DNA of 59,868 nt from positions 1 to 59,868 of the forward strand of contig JBKBRF010000042.1 in NCBI GenBank assembly GCA_046292385.1. The letters run 5' to 3'. The translations under genes and the position numbers were made by a program. Of the stretch, positions 19,141-28,430 are shown one piece after another; position 1 is the first letter of the stretch, and every line of letters begins with the position of its first letter. The notes beneath the pieces are model-generated. The model was not told the DNA's origin, ran no database searches, and was given only the letters and a program-made list of their open reading frames with translations. This DNA is from Armatimonadota bacterium (GTDB taxonomy: Bacteria > Armatimonadota > SYMT01).

Positions 19141-21756
19141 ATGTACTCAGGAGCGCGCCGTGCCTGGACTATCTTGCTGCCGGGCGCGGCACAGTGGGCG
19201 CAGAGAGCACCCCGCAGCTTCGGCCGCGGAATGATGGTGCTCCTGGTCGGAGTGGTAATGACGGGTGCCGCCGCGACCGGCGCCAACCTGCTCCCCAACA
19301 GTGAGGAGCTGGAGACCTGGGAGGCGCGCGACGGGGCCGCCGTGGCCCCGAACGTAACCGCGGCGCCGGACGGCAACGTGACCGCGGACCGTATTCAAGA
19401 CGGCCCCTCCGGATACCCGTACGTCGGCCTGAGCGTAAGCGCCCAGGCGGCGGGGGGCCACGTCTTCTCGTGCTATCTGAAGGCGGGCGAGCAGAACCAG
19501 GTTACGCTGCGGCTGCACAACCTGGACACGAAGCTCGACCTGGCCCGGACTACTTTCAACCTTTCCAGTGGCTGGCAGCGCTTTGCAGTCTCGGGAAGCG
19601 GCGTTTCCGTGGGAGATCGGCTCCGCGTCTTTCTCTATCCCGGAAAACTCGGATCGGGCTCCGGCGGCGTCTTCGCCTGGGGCGCGCAGCTCGAGGCGGG
19701 CACTTCGCCCGGCGCCTACCAGAAGACCCCGGCCGGCGGCGAGACCCCCGGCGATACCACCCCGCCCGCCGCGCCGAGTGGCCTGACCGCCACCTGGACC
19801 GGTACCGTAGTCCAGCTCACGTGGAACGCGAATACCGAAACCGACCTCGCCGGCTACCACGTAGAGCGGGGCGTCAACTCCACCACTGCCTTCTCGCCGG
19901 TCGCCACGCCTGTCCAGCCCGCATACCAGGATGGCAGCGTGCTCCCCGCGAGCACGTATTCCTACCGGGTGCAGGCGGTCGACGCCGCCGGGAATGTGAG
20001 CGGGTCGTCTTCCCTGGTGAGCGTGACCATTCCCGGTTCCACCCTCCTCGACACCACCCCGCCCGCGGTGCCGAGCGGTCTGACGGCGAGCTGGACCGGC
20101 TCCGCGGTGGCGCTCAAGTGGACCGCCAACTCCGAGAGTGATCTCGCCGGTTACCGCCTGGAGCGCGGCACTAGCGCTACTTCGCTCTCACCGCTCGCGA
20201 GCCCGAGCACGCCCGCCTACCAGGACGGCAGCGTGTCGGCGGGCGCGACCTACTACTACCGGGTGAAGGCGGTCGATAAGAGCGGCAACGTGAGCGGCGC
20301 TTCCGCCGCGGTGAGCGTCAGCGTGCCCGCCTCCCCGCCCCCGCCGACCAGCGGCAGCCACTTCTACGTGGCGCCGAACGGCAGCTCCAGCGGGGACGGC
20401 AGCCTGGCGCGGCCGTGGGACCTCAAGACCGCCTTCGCGCCCGCCTCCGCCATCAAGCCCGGCAGCACCGTCTGGCTCCGCGGCGGCCGCTACGGCACCG
20501 GCGGCTCCACCGTCTTCGAATGCCGCCTGGCCGGCACCGCTTCCGCCCCGATCATCGTGCGGCAGTATCCGCGCGAGCGCGCCACCGTGGACGGCGGCAT
20601 TTACGCCAAGCGTGGTTACGTCTGGTTCTGGGGCTTCGAGATCACCAACACCAGCCTGGAGCGCAATACGACGGAGAGCTACCGGCCGATCGGGCTGCGG
20701 ATGGATGCGGACGGGCAGAAGGCGATCAACCTGGTGATCAACAACACCGGGCGCACGGCGCTGAGCTTTCACAAGGACGTGGAGGTCTACGGCTGCCTGA
20801 TGTGGGGCAACGGCCACTACGATCCGAGCAAAGAGGGCATGATCCGGGGTGGGGCGGTCTACGGCAACGTGCCGAGCTCCGATCCGAACGTCACCCGGTA
20901 CATCCGGGACATCATCGCCTTCCGAAACTTCCGCTCCGGCATCAAGATCTACAGCGAGACGGCGGACCGGTATGTCAACGGCTTCCACCTCGAAGGGAAC
21001 CTCTGCTTCGACGCGCACATCGACAACCTTCACGTGACGAGCCGCGCCAACCCGGTCCAGCGGCTGCGGGTCCTGCGGAACTACACCTACGATGAGAGGA
21101 ACCAGGAAGGCTCCGGCAACCGGTTCGGCTACGAGACCGGCTACAACGAAGACGCGATCATCAGCGGCAACCGCTTCGTGACCGGAACGCTCAACGTCGG
21201 CGCGCTGCGGATCAAGAACTGGCGCTCGCTGCAGTTCACCGACAACCACGTGATCAGCCCCAACGAGGTGGCGGGGTGGGAGCAGGACTTCAGCCCGCTC
21301 TCGCTGCTCTGGGACCGCAACCGCTACTTCGGCGGCGACAGCACGCCTTTCTTGATGAATGGCAGCTCGCGGGACTTCCCCGGCTGGCAGTCGCTGGCCC
21401 GGGTCGATGCGAACAGCCGGCACGACCGCTCGCATCCGACCGGGACGGAGGTCTTCGTGCGGCCGAACCTGTATGAAGCAGGGCGAGGGCACGTAGCGGT
21501 CTACAACTGGAGCCGGCAGGCGACGGTGGAGGTCGACGTGTCCGGCCTGGGACTGAAGCCGGGGCAGAGCTTCGAGGTACTGGACGCGCAGAACTACTTC
21601 GGCGCGCCGGTGGCCACGGGGGTGTTCGACGGCAGCAAGATCACGCTGCCGCTGGAGCTGACGGAGACGACGCCGATCTGGGGGACGATCACTCACATCG
21701 GTCTTCGCCATACCAGCTCGGAGTTCAACGCCTTCGTAGTGCGTCCGCTCCCGTAG
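19141..21756 (+). CDS. Secreted protein: CBM/head-spike-like domain + 2x FN3 + right-handed beta-helix (pectin-lyase-like), paralogue 1
   Basis: Hydrophobic signal; two DTTPPAxPSGL...YxYRVxAVDxxGN FN3 repeats; FYVAPNG...GDGSLARPW...PGSTVWLRGGRY beta-helix cap; Asn-rich repeats. Confidence 0.85.
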   Translation: MYSGARRAWTILLPGAAQWAQRAPRSFGRGMMVLLVGVVMTGAAATGANLLPNSEELETWEARDGAAVAPNVTAAPDGNVTADRIQDGPSGYPYVGLSVSAQAAGGHVFSCYLKAGEQNQVTLRLHNLDTKLDLARTTFNLSSGWQRFAVSGSGVSVGDRLRVFLYPGKLGSGSGGVFAWGAQLEAGTSPGAYQKTPAGGETPGDTTPPAAPSGLTATWTGTVVQLTWNANTETDLAGYHVERGVNSTTAFSPVATPVQPAYQDGSVLPASTYSYRVQAVDAAGNVSGSSSLVSVTIPGSTLLDTTPPAVPSGLTASWTGSAVALKWTANSESDLAGYRLERGTSATSLSPLASPSTPAYQDGSVSAGATYYYRVKAVDKSGNVSGASAAVSVSVPASPPPPTSGSHFYVAPNGSSSGDGSLARPWDLKTAFAPASAIKPGSTVWLRGGRYGTGGSTVFECRLAGTASAPIIVRQYPRERATVDGGIYAKRGYVWFWGFEITNTSLERNTTESYRPIGLRMDADGQKAINLVINNTGRTALSFHKDVEVYGCLMWGNGHYDPSKEGMIRGGAVYGNVPSSDPNVTRYIRDIIAFRNFRSGIKIYSETADRYVNGFHLEGNLCFDAHIDNLHVTSRANPVQRLRVLRNYTYDERNQEGSGNRFGYETGYNEDAIISGNRFVTGTLNVGALRIKNWRSLQFTDNHVISPNEVAGWEQDFSPLSLLWDRNRYFGGDSTPFLMNGSSRDFPGWQSLARVDANSRHDRSHPTGTEVFVRPNLYEAGRGHVAVYNWSRQATVEVDVSGLGLKPGQSFEVLDAQNYFGAPVATGVFDGSKITLPLELTETTPIWGTITHIGLRHTSSEFNAFVVRPLP

Positions 21757-21788
21757 CCGGAGCTACAACCGCATAGAGACGAGCAGTG

Positions 21789-21822
21789 AGGCTGGCGGCA
21801 TTCTGATGTCGCCAGCCTTTCG
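21789..21822 (+). terminator. Terminator-like hairpin
   Basis: aggctggcggcat-tctg-atgtcgccagcct-ttc. Confidence 0.65.
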
Positions 21823-22347
21823 CGCGAGTCCGGCCTGCCGTGGTGACAACCCGGCAGAATCCGACCGGACGGTCCACGCCCGGCCCATCTCCTATCGCTC
21901 GTTTCGCGTTCTCCCGAACGGAAGCCGGCCCTCGGGGCTTTCAACCTTTCGGTGGACTCTCCGGCTGCCGCCCACCGCGGCCCCAGCAGGTTGCCCCGAC
22001 CGCTGCCCGGAGCCAGGTCCAGGCCATCTCGTCGCCTCGCCGCCGCTTCAGGCGGGTCGGGGACCGGGTGCGGATCCGGTCGTTCCCCTGGCTACCTGGC
22101 TCTCATCTGCGGGAAGCCGCGCATTCGGCAGAGTGGCGCCACCCGTCCCCGCGCCCCCCGCTCGCGGAGACTGTCCCACGGGTTACGATCCCCAACAAAA
22201 GGCTGACCCCCTGTTGTCGTCCGTACGAATGATCTGCAGAGCAGCTGCACCCGCCACCATCAAGCCAACCGCCGGGCGCGGCTCTAAGTCGGGCTGCGCG
22301 CCTCCGCGGAAGTCAATGAGCCAAATAAGCCAAAGGAAAGATGACCA

Positions 22348-24984
22348 ATGAAGATGGGAACACACCCGGTGTGGCCCACGCTCTCTCGCGGAGCGGACGA
22401 CCGAACGTCCCGGCCCGCCGGTGGCCTGGGCCGCCGCACCCCTCGCGGGGGCGCGTATGCCCTGATGCTGGTGGTAGTCGGCGGACTCATGACCGGCGCT
22501 GCCGCGACCGGCGCCAACCTGATCCCGAACAGTGACCAGTTGGAGACCTGGGAGGCGCGCGACGGCGCGGCGGTGACCCCCAATACTACGGCGGCCCCAG
22601 ACGGCAGCACGGTCGCGGATCGGGTGCAGGACGGCTCCTCCGGATACCCCTATATCGGCCTGAACGTGAATGCGCAAGCGGCGGGGAGCCACGTTTTCTC
22701 GTGTTATTTCAAGGCCAGTGAGCAGAAGCAGGTGGTGCTGCGGCTGCACAACCTGAACACGAAGCAGGACCTGGCCCGGACTACCTTCACGCTTTCGAGC
22801 GGGTGGCAGCGCTTCGCCATCACGGGCAGCGCCGTCTCCGCGGGAGACCGGCTGCGCGCCTACATCTATCCCGGCAGCCTGGGCGGGGGCTCCGGGGGCG
22901 TCTTCGCCTGGGGCGCGCAGCTCGAACAGGGCACCACTCCGGGGGCGTACCAGAAGACCCCCGCCGGCGGCGGGACCCCCGGCGATACTACCCCGCCCGC
23001 GGCCCCTACCGGCCTGACGGCGAGCTGGACCGGCTCCGCGGTGGCGCTCAAGTGGACCGCCAACTCCGAGGCGGATCTCGCCGGCTACCGCGTGGAGCGC
23101 GGGACCAGCTCCACTTCCCTGTCGCAGATCGCCAGCCCCAGCGCGGCGGCCTACCAGGACAGCAGCGTCTCGGCCGGCGCCACCTACTACTACCGGATAA
23201 AGGCGGTCGACGCTGCGGGTAACGTGAGCGGGGCCTCCGCCACGGTGAGCGTGACCGTTCCGGGCTCCACGCCGAGCGACACCACTCCGCCCGCGGCCCC
23301 CACCGGCCTGACGGCGAGCTGGACCGGCTCCGCGGTGGCGCTCAAGTGGACCGCCAACACGGAGAGTGACCTCGCCGGCTACCGCCTGGAGCGTGGGACC
23401 AGCGCTACTTCGCTCTCACCGCTCGCGAGCCCAAGCACGCCCGCCTACCAGGACGGCAGCGTCTCGGCGGGCGCGACCTACTACTACCGGGTGAAGGCGG
23501 TCGATAAGAGCGGCAACGTGAGCGGCGCTTCCGCCGCGGTGAGCGTGAGCGTGCCCGCCTCCCCGCCGCCGCCGACCAGCGGCAGCCACTTCTACGTGGC
23601 ACCGAACGGCAGCTCCAGCGGCGACGGCAGCCTGGCGCGGCCGTGGGATATCAAGACCGCCTTCGCGCCCGCCTCCGCCATCAAGCCCGGCAGCACCGTC
23701 TGGCTCCGCGGCGGTCGCTACGGCACCGGCGGCTCTACGGTGATCGACTGCCGCCTGGCCGGCACCGCCTCCGCCCCGATCATCGTGCGCCAGTATCCGC
23801 GCGAGCGGGCGACGCTCGACGGCGGGCTCTTTGCCCGCGGGGCGTACGTCTGGTTCTGGGGCTTTGAGATCACCAACACCAGCCTGGAGCGCAACACCAC
23901 GGAGAGCTACCGTCCGATCGGCCTGAAGATGGAAGCGGACGGGCAGAAGGCGATCAACCTGGTGATCAACAACACCGGGCGCACGGCGCTGAGCTTCCAC
24001 AAGGACGTGGAGGTCTACGGCTGCCTGATGTGGGGCAACGGCCACTACGATCCGAGTAAGGGCGGGATGATCCGGGGCGGAGCGGTTTACGCCAACGTAC
24101 CCAACTCCAATCCGAGCGTGACGCGGTACATCCGGGACATCATCGCCTTCCGGAACTTCCGCTCCGGGGTGAAGGTGTACAGCGAGTGGACCGATCGGTT
24201 CGTCAACGGCTTCCACGTGGAAGGGAACATCTGCTTCGACGCGCACATCGACAACATCCACGCCTCCAGCCGGGCCACTCCGATCCGGAACCTGAAGGTG
24301 CTGCGGAACTACACCTACGACGCGCGAGACCAGGAAGGCTCGTGCAACCGGTTCGGCTACGAGACCGGCTACAACGAGGACGCGATCATCAGCGGCAACC
24401 GCTTCGTGACCGGGACCCTCGGCTTCGGGGCGCTGCGGGTGAAGAACTGGAAGTCGCTGCAGTTCACCGATAACCAGGTGATCAGCTCGAACCGGCTCGC
24501 CGGCTGGGAACAGGACTTTACGCCGCTCTCCGCCGTGTGGGACCGCAACAGCTACTTCGGCGGCAGCAGCAGTCCGTTCCTGGCGAACGGCTCGTACCGG
24601 AGCTTCTCCGGGTGGCAGTCGCTGATGCGGGTGGACGGCAGCAGCCGTCATCAGAGCTCCTACCCGACCGGGATGGAAGTGTTCGTGCGGCCGAACCTGT
24701 ACGAGCCGGGGCGAGGGCACGTGGCGGTCTACAACTGGAGCCGGCAGTCGACCGTAGAGGTCGACGTGTCCGGCCTGGGGCTGAAGCCGGGGCAGAGCTT
24801 CGAGGTGCTGGACGCGCAGAACTACTACGGCGCGCCGGTGGCCACGGGGGTGTTCGACGGCAGCAAGATCACGCTGCCGCTGGAGCTGACGGAGACGACG
24901 CCGATCTGGGGGACGATCAATCACATCGATCTCCGCCACACCAGCTCGGAGTTCAACGCCTTCGTCGTCCGCCCCATCCAGTAA
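22348..24984 (+). CDS. Secreted CBM-like + 2x FN3 + beta-helix protein, paralogue 2
   Basis: Same architecture; highly similar to 19141-21756. Confidence 0.85.
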   Translation: MKMGTHPVWPTLSRGADDRTSRPAGGLGRRTPRGGAYALMLVVVGGLMTGAAATGANLIPNSDQLETWEARDGAAVTPNTTAAPDGSTVADRVQDGSSGYPYIGLNVNAQAAGSHVFSCYFKASEQKQVVLRLHNLNTKQDLARTTFTLSSGWQRFAITGSAVSAGDRLRAYIYPGSLGGGSGGVFAWGAQLEQGTTPGAYQKTPAGGGTPGDTTPPAAPTGLTASWTGSAVALKWTANSEADLAGYRVERGTSSTSLSQIASPSAAAYQDSSVSAGATYYYRIKAVDAAGNVSGASATVSVTVPGSTPSDTTPPAAPTGLTASWTGSAVALKWTANTESDLAGYRLERGTSATSLSPLASPSTPAYQDGSVSAGATYYYRVKAVDKSGNVSGASAAVSVSVPASPPPPTSGSHFYVAPNGSSSGDGSLARPWDIKTAFAPASAIKPGSTVWLRGGRYGTGGSTVIDCRLAGTASAPIIVRQYPRERATLDGGLFARGAYVWFWGFEITNTSLERNTTESYRPIGLKMEADGQKAINLVINNTGRTALSFHKDVEVYGCLMWGNGHYDPSKGGMIRGGAVYANVPNSNPSVTRYIRDIIAFRNFRSGVKVYSEWTDRFVNGFHVEGNICFDAHIDNIHASSRATPIRNLKVLRNYTYDARDQEGSCNRFGYETGYNEDAIISGNRFVTGTLGFGALRVKNWKSLQFTDNQVISSNRLAGWEQDFTPLSAVWDRNSYFGGSSSPFLANGSYRSFSGWQSLMRVDGSSRHQSSYPTGMEVFVRPNLYEPGRGHVAVYNWSRQSTVEVDVSGLGLKPGQSFEVLDAQNYYGAPVATGVFDGSKITLPLELTETTPIWGTINHIDLRHTSSEFNAFVVRPIQ

Positions 24985-25013
24985 GCCTCACGCGCTGCGC
25001 CTTTGCGGCGCAC

Positions 25014-25080
25014 GGCGGGCTGGCGGCAAGAGCTGTCGCCAGTCCGCTCCCCTCCAGCCCGAACAGGCGGGCTGGAGGGC
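25014..25080 (+). terminator. Two consecutive hairpins after paralogue 2
   Basis: gcgggctggcggca-agagc-tgtcgccagtccgc and ccctccagccc...gggctggaggg. Confidence 0.55.
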
Positions 25081-25177
25081 CTGCCCAGATGACGCCGAGG
25101 TAGCGTCCCTATTGCCGAACCGGAGCCCGCTCGCCGCCGCTGCTGAGCAAGAAAAAGAGTTTCTTGTCGATAGCAAG

Positions 25178-25206
25178 GGAACATTCGTCAGATCCGGTCG
25201 GTCCAT
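25178..25206 (+). promoter_or_regulatory. Second ECF-type promoter
   Basis: GGAACAT-N16-GTCCAT, preceded by the same TAGCAAG as the 18852 site. Confidence 0.5.
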
Positions 25207-25683
25207 GACCCAGGTAACACCCTCTAGTTGGCTTGCTACGGCCCGGCCCGGCATCTGCACTCAGCTCTGCCGGGCCATTGAGGATCGGGGCGAGCCCACT
25301 GCCGAGGGGATCACCGATTGGCAGCGACGCACCCACGGGTGACCTGGCTGCCCCGGGCTCTCCAGGAGCCCGGCAGACGCCGCCTCCGCCGGCCTCCCGG
25401 CTGCGCGGAAGTGGCTAAAGAGCGCCGGCGTAGCTCCGCACTCCGAACTGCGGCATCAGCTCGATCTCAGCGAGCCGGAACATTCCGGCACCGTTGAGCC
25501 TGGCACGCATAACCCAGGAGCGAGCTCTACTCCGGTCTTGCACATCCAGAGGATGACCCCACGGGGCTTCCGCACCAAATCCGCGGATCGTCGGCACAAA
25601 CCCGATCAACGCCATTCGCTCGGCGAGGCTCAGATCGGCCGGACGCACCCGTGGAAGTCAACGAGCCAAGGGAAAGGCAAACA

Positions 25684-28323
25684 ATGGAAAAGGGAACGCG
25701 CTCAGCGTGGCCCACGCTCTGTCGTAGAGCGAGTGACAGCACACCCAGGCCCTCCTCCGCGAGAGCCAGTTACCCCCGTCGTTCCGGCGGGTATGCCCTG
25801 ATGCTGGTGGTGGTCGGCGCGCTCATGACGGGCGCCGCCGCGACCGGCGCCAATCTGATCCCGAACAGCGAGGCGCTGGAGACCTGGGAAGCCCGTGACG
25901 GCGCGACGGTGGCGCCGAACGTGACCGCCGCGCCGAACGGCACCCCCAGCGCTGAGAAGGTCAACGACAACCCCGCTTCGGGCTACCCCTACATCGCCGT
26001 CAACACCCGGGCGGAGTCGGACGGCAGTTACGTCTTCTCGTGCTACGTGAAGGCGGGCGAGCAGCGCCAGGTGACGCTGCGCCTGCACAACCTGGAGACG
26101 AAGCAGGACCTGGCGCGGACGACGTTCGACCTCTCGGACTCCTGGCAGCGGCTGTCGATCAGCGGCGGCTCCGCGGGGACCGGAGATCGACTGCGGGCCT
26201 ACATCTACCCCGGAAAGGTGGGGAGAGGCTCCGGGGGCGTCTTCGCCTGGGGCGCCCAGCTCGAGGGCGGCACTTCGCCCGGCGCCTATCAGAAGACCCC
26301 CGCCGGCGGCGAGACCCCCGGCGACACCACCCCGCCCGCCGCGCCGAGCGGCCTGACGGCGAGCTGGACCGGCTCCGCGGTGGCGCTCAAGTGGACCGCC
26401 AACTCCGAGGCGGATCTCGCCGGCTACCGCGTGGAGCGCGGGACCAGCTCCACTTCGCTCTCGCAGATCGCCAGCCCCAGCGCGGCGGCCTACCAGGACA
26501 GCAGCGTCTCGGCCGGCGCCACCTACTACTACCGGATAAAGGCGGTCGACGCTGCGGGTAACGTGAGCGGGGCCTCCGCCACGGTGAGCGTGACCGTTCC
26601 GGGCTCCACGCCGAGCGACACCACTCCGCCCGCGGCCCCCACCGGCCTGACGGCGAGCTGGACCGGCTCCGCGGTGGCGCTCAAGTGGACCGCCAACACG
26701 GAGAGTGACCTCGCCGGCTACCGCCTGGAGCGTGGGACCAGCGCTACTTCGCTCTCACCGCTCGCGAGCCCAAGCACGCCCGCCTACCAGGACGGCAGCG
26801 TCTCGGCGGGCGCGACCTACTACTACCGGGTGAAGGCGGTCGATAAGAGCGGCAACGTGAGCGGCGCTTCCGCCGCGGTGAGCGTGAGCGTGCCCGCCTC
26901 CCCGCCGCCGCCGACCAGCGGCAGCCACTTCTACGTGGCACCGAACGGCAGCTCCAGCGGCGACGGCAGCCTGGCGCGGCCGTGGGATATCAAGACCGCC
27001 TTCGCGCCCGCCTCCGCCATCAAGCCCGGCAGCACCGTCTGGCTCCGCGGCGGTCGCTACGGCACCGGCGGCTCTACGGTGATCGACTGCCGCCTGGCCG
27101 GCACCGCCTCCGCCCCGATCATCGTGCGCCAGTATCCGCGCGAGCGGGCGACGCTCGACGGCGGGCTCTTTGCCCGCGGGGCGTACGTCTGGTTCTGGGG
27201 CTTTGAGATCACCAACACCAGCCTGGAGCGCAACACGACGGAGAGCTACCGGCCGATCGGCCTGAAGATGGAAGCGGACGGGCAGAAGGCGATCAACCTG
27301 GTGATCAACAACACCGGGCGCACGGCGCTTAGCTTCCACAAGGACGTGGAGGTCTACGGTTGTCTCATGTGGGGCAACGGCCACTACGATCCGAGCAAGG
27401 GCGGGATGATCCGGGGCGGGGCGGTTTACGCCAACGTGCCCAACTCCGACCCGAGCGTGACGCGGTACATCCGGGATATCATCGCCTTCCGGAACTTCCG
27501 CTCCGGAGTGAAGGTGTACAGTGAGTGGAGCGACCGGTTCGTCAACGGCTTCCACATCGAGGGGAACATCTGCTTCGACGCGCACATCGACAACATCCAC
27601 GCGACGAGCCGCCAGAACCCGATGAAGAACCTGAAGGTGCTGCGGAACTACACCTACGATCAGCGAGACCGCGAGGGCTCCGGCAACCGGTTCGGCTACG
27701 AGACCGGCTACAACGAAGACGCGATCATCAGCGGGAACTACTTCGTGACCGGCACCCTCGGCTTCGGGGCGCTGCGGCTCAAGAACTGGCGGTCGCTGCA
27801 GTTCACCGACAACCAGGTGATCAGCTCGCGGAACCTGATGTACTGGGAGCAGGACTTCAGCCCGCTCTCGCTGCTCTGGGACCGCAACCGCTACTTCGGC
27901 GGCGGTAGTGCGCCTTTCTCGATGAATGGCAGCTCGCGGGACTTCCCCGGCTGGCAGTCGCTGGCCCGGGTCGATGCGAACAGCCGGCACGACCGCTCGC
28001 ATCCGACCGGGACGGAGGTCTTCGTGCGGCCGAACCTGTATGAAGCAGGGCGAGGGCACGTAGCGGTCTACAACTGGAGCCGGCAGTCGACCGTAGAGGT
28101 CGACGTGTCCGGCCTGGGACTGAAGCCGGGGCAGAGCTTCGAGGTGCTGGACGCGCAGAACTACTACGGCGCGCCGGTGGCCACGGGGGTGTTCGACGGC
28201 AGCAAGATCACGCTGCCGCTGGAGCTGACGGAGACGACGCCGATCTGGGGGACGATCAATCACATCGATCTCCGCCACACCAGCTCGGAGTTCAACGCCT
28301 TCGTCGTCCGCCCCATCCAGTAG
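25684..28323 (+). CDS. Secreted CBM-like + 2x FN3 + beta-helix protein, paralogue 3
   Basis: Same architecture; ATG 25684 chosen because it aligns with the paralogue 2 start. Confidence 0.85.
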   Translation: MEKGTRSAWPTLCRRASDSTPRPSSARASYPRRSGGYALMLVVVGALMTGAAATGANLIPNSEALETWEARDGATVAPNVTAAPNGTPSAEKVNDNPASGYPYIAVNTRAESDGSYVFSCYVKAGEQRQVTLRLHNLETKQDLARTTFDLSDSWQRLSISGGSAGTGDRLRAYIYPGKVGRGSGGVFAWGAQLEGGTSPGAYQKTPAGGETPGDTTPPAAPSGLTASWTGSAVALKWTANSEADLAGYRVERGTSSTSLSQIASPSAAAYQDSSVSAGATYYYRIKAVDAAGNVSGASATVSVTVPGSTPSDTTPPAAPTGLTASWTGSAVALKWTANTESDLAGYRLERGTSATSLSPLASPSTPAYQDGSVSAGATYYYRVKAVDKSGNVSGASAAVSVSVPASPPPPTSGSHFYVAPNGSSSGDGSLARPWDIKTAFAPASAIKPGSTVWLRGGRYGTGGSTVIDCRLAGTASAPIIVRQYPRERATLDGGLFARGAYVWFWGFEITNTSLERNTTESYRPIGLKMEADGQKAINLVINNTGRTALSFHKDVEVYGCLMWGNGHYDPSKGGMIRGGAVYANVPNSDPSVTRYIRDIIAFRNFRSGVKVYSEWSDRFVNGFHIEGNICFDAHIDNIHATSRQNPMKNLKVLRNYTYDQRDREGSGNRFGYETGYNEDAIISGNYFVTGTLGFGALRLKNWRSLQFTDNQVISSRNLMYWEQDFSPLSLLWDRNRYFGGGSAPFSMNGSSRDFPGWQSLARVDANSRHDRSHPTGTEVFVRPNLYEAGRGHVAVYNWSRQSTVEVDVSGLGLKPGQSFEVLDAQNYYGAPVATGVFDGSKITLPLELTETTPIWGTINHIDLRHTSSEFNAFVVRPIQ

Positions 28324-28353
28324 GGCTGAACCAACTCCTCCTGGAGGGCAATC

Positions 28354-28391
28354 GCGGGTCCGGCGGCATCCTTGCCGCCGGACCCGTCCTT
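28354..28391 (+). terminator. Intergenic hairpin
   Basis: cgggtccggcggca-tcct-tgccgccggacccg (14-bp perfect stem). Confidence 0.6.
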
Positions 28392-28430
28392 ATTACTAGC
28401 CCGGATTACCCCATCCCAGGAGGCCTTGCC

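Noticed and set aside
25415..25648. 77-aa minus-strand ORF between paralogues 2 and 3
   Set aside because: No recognisable motif or RBS; lies in the presumed leader of paralogue 3
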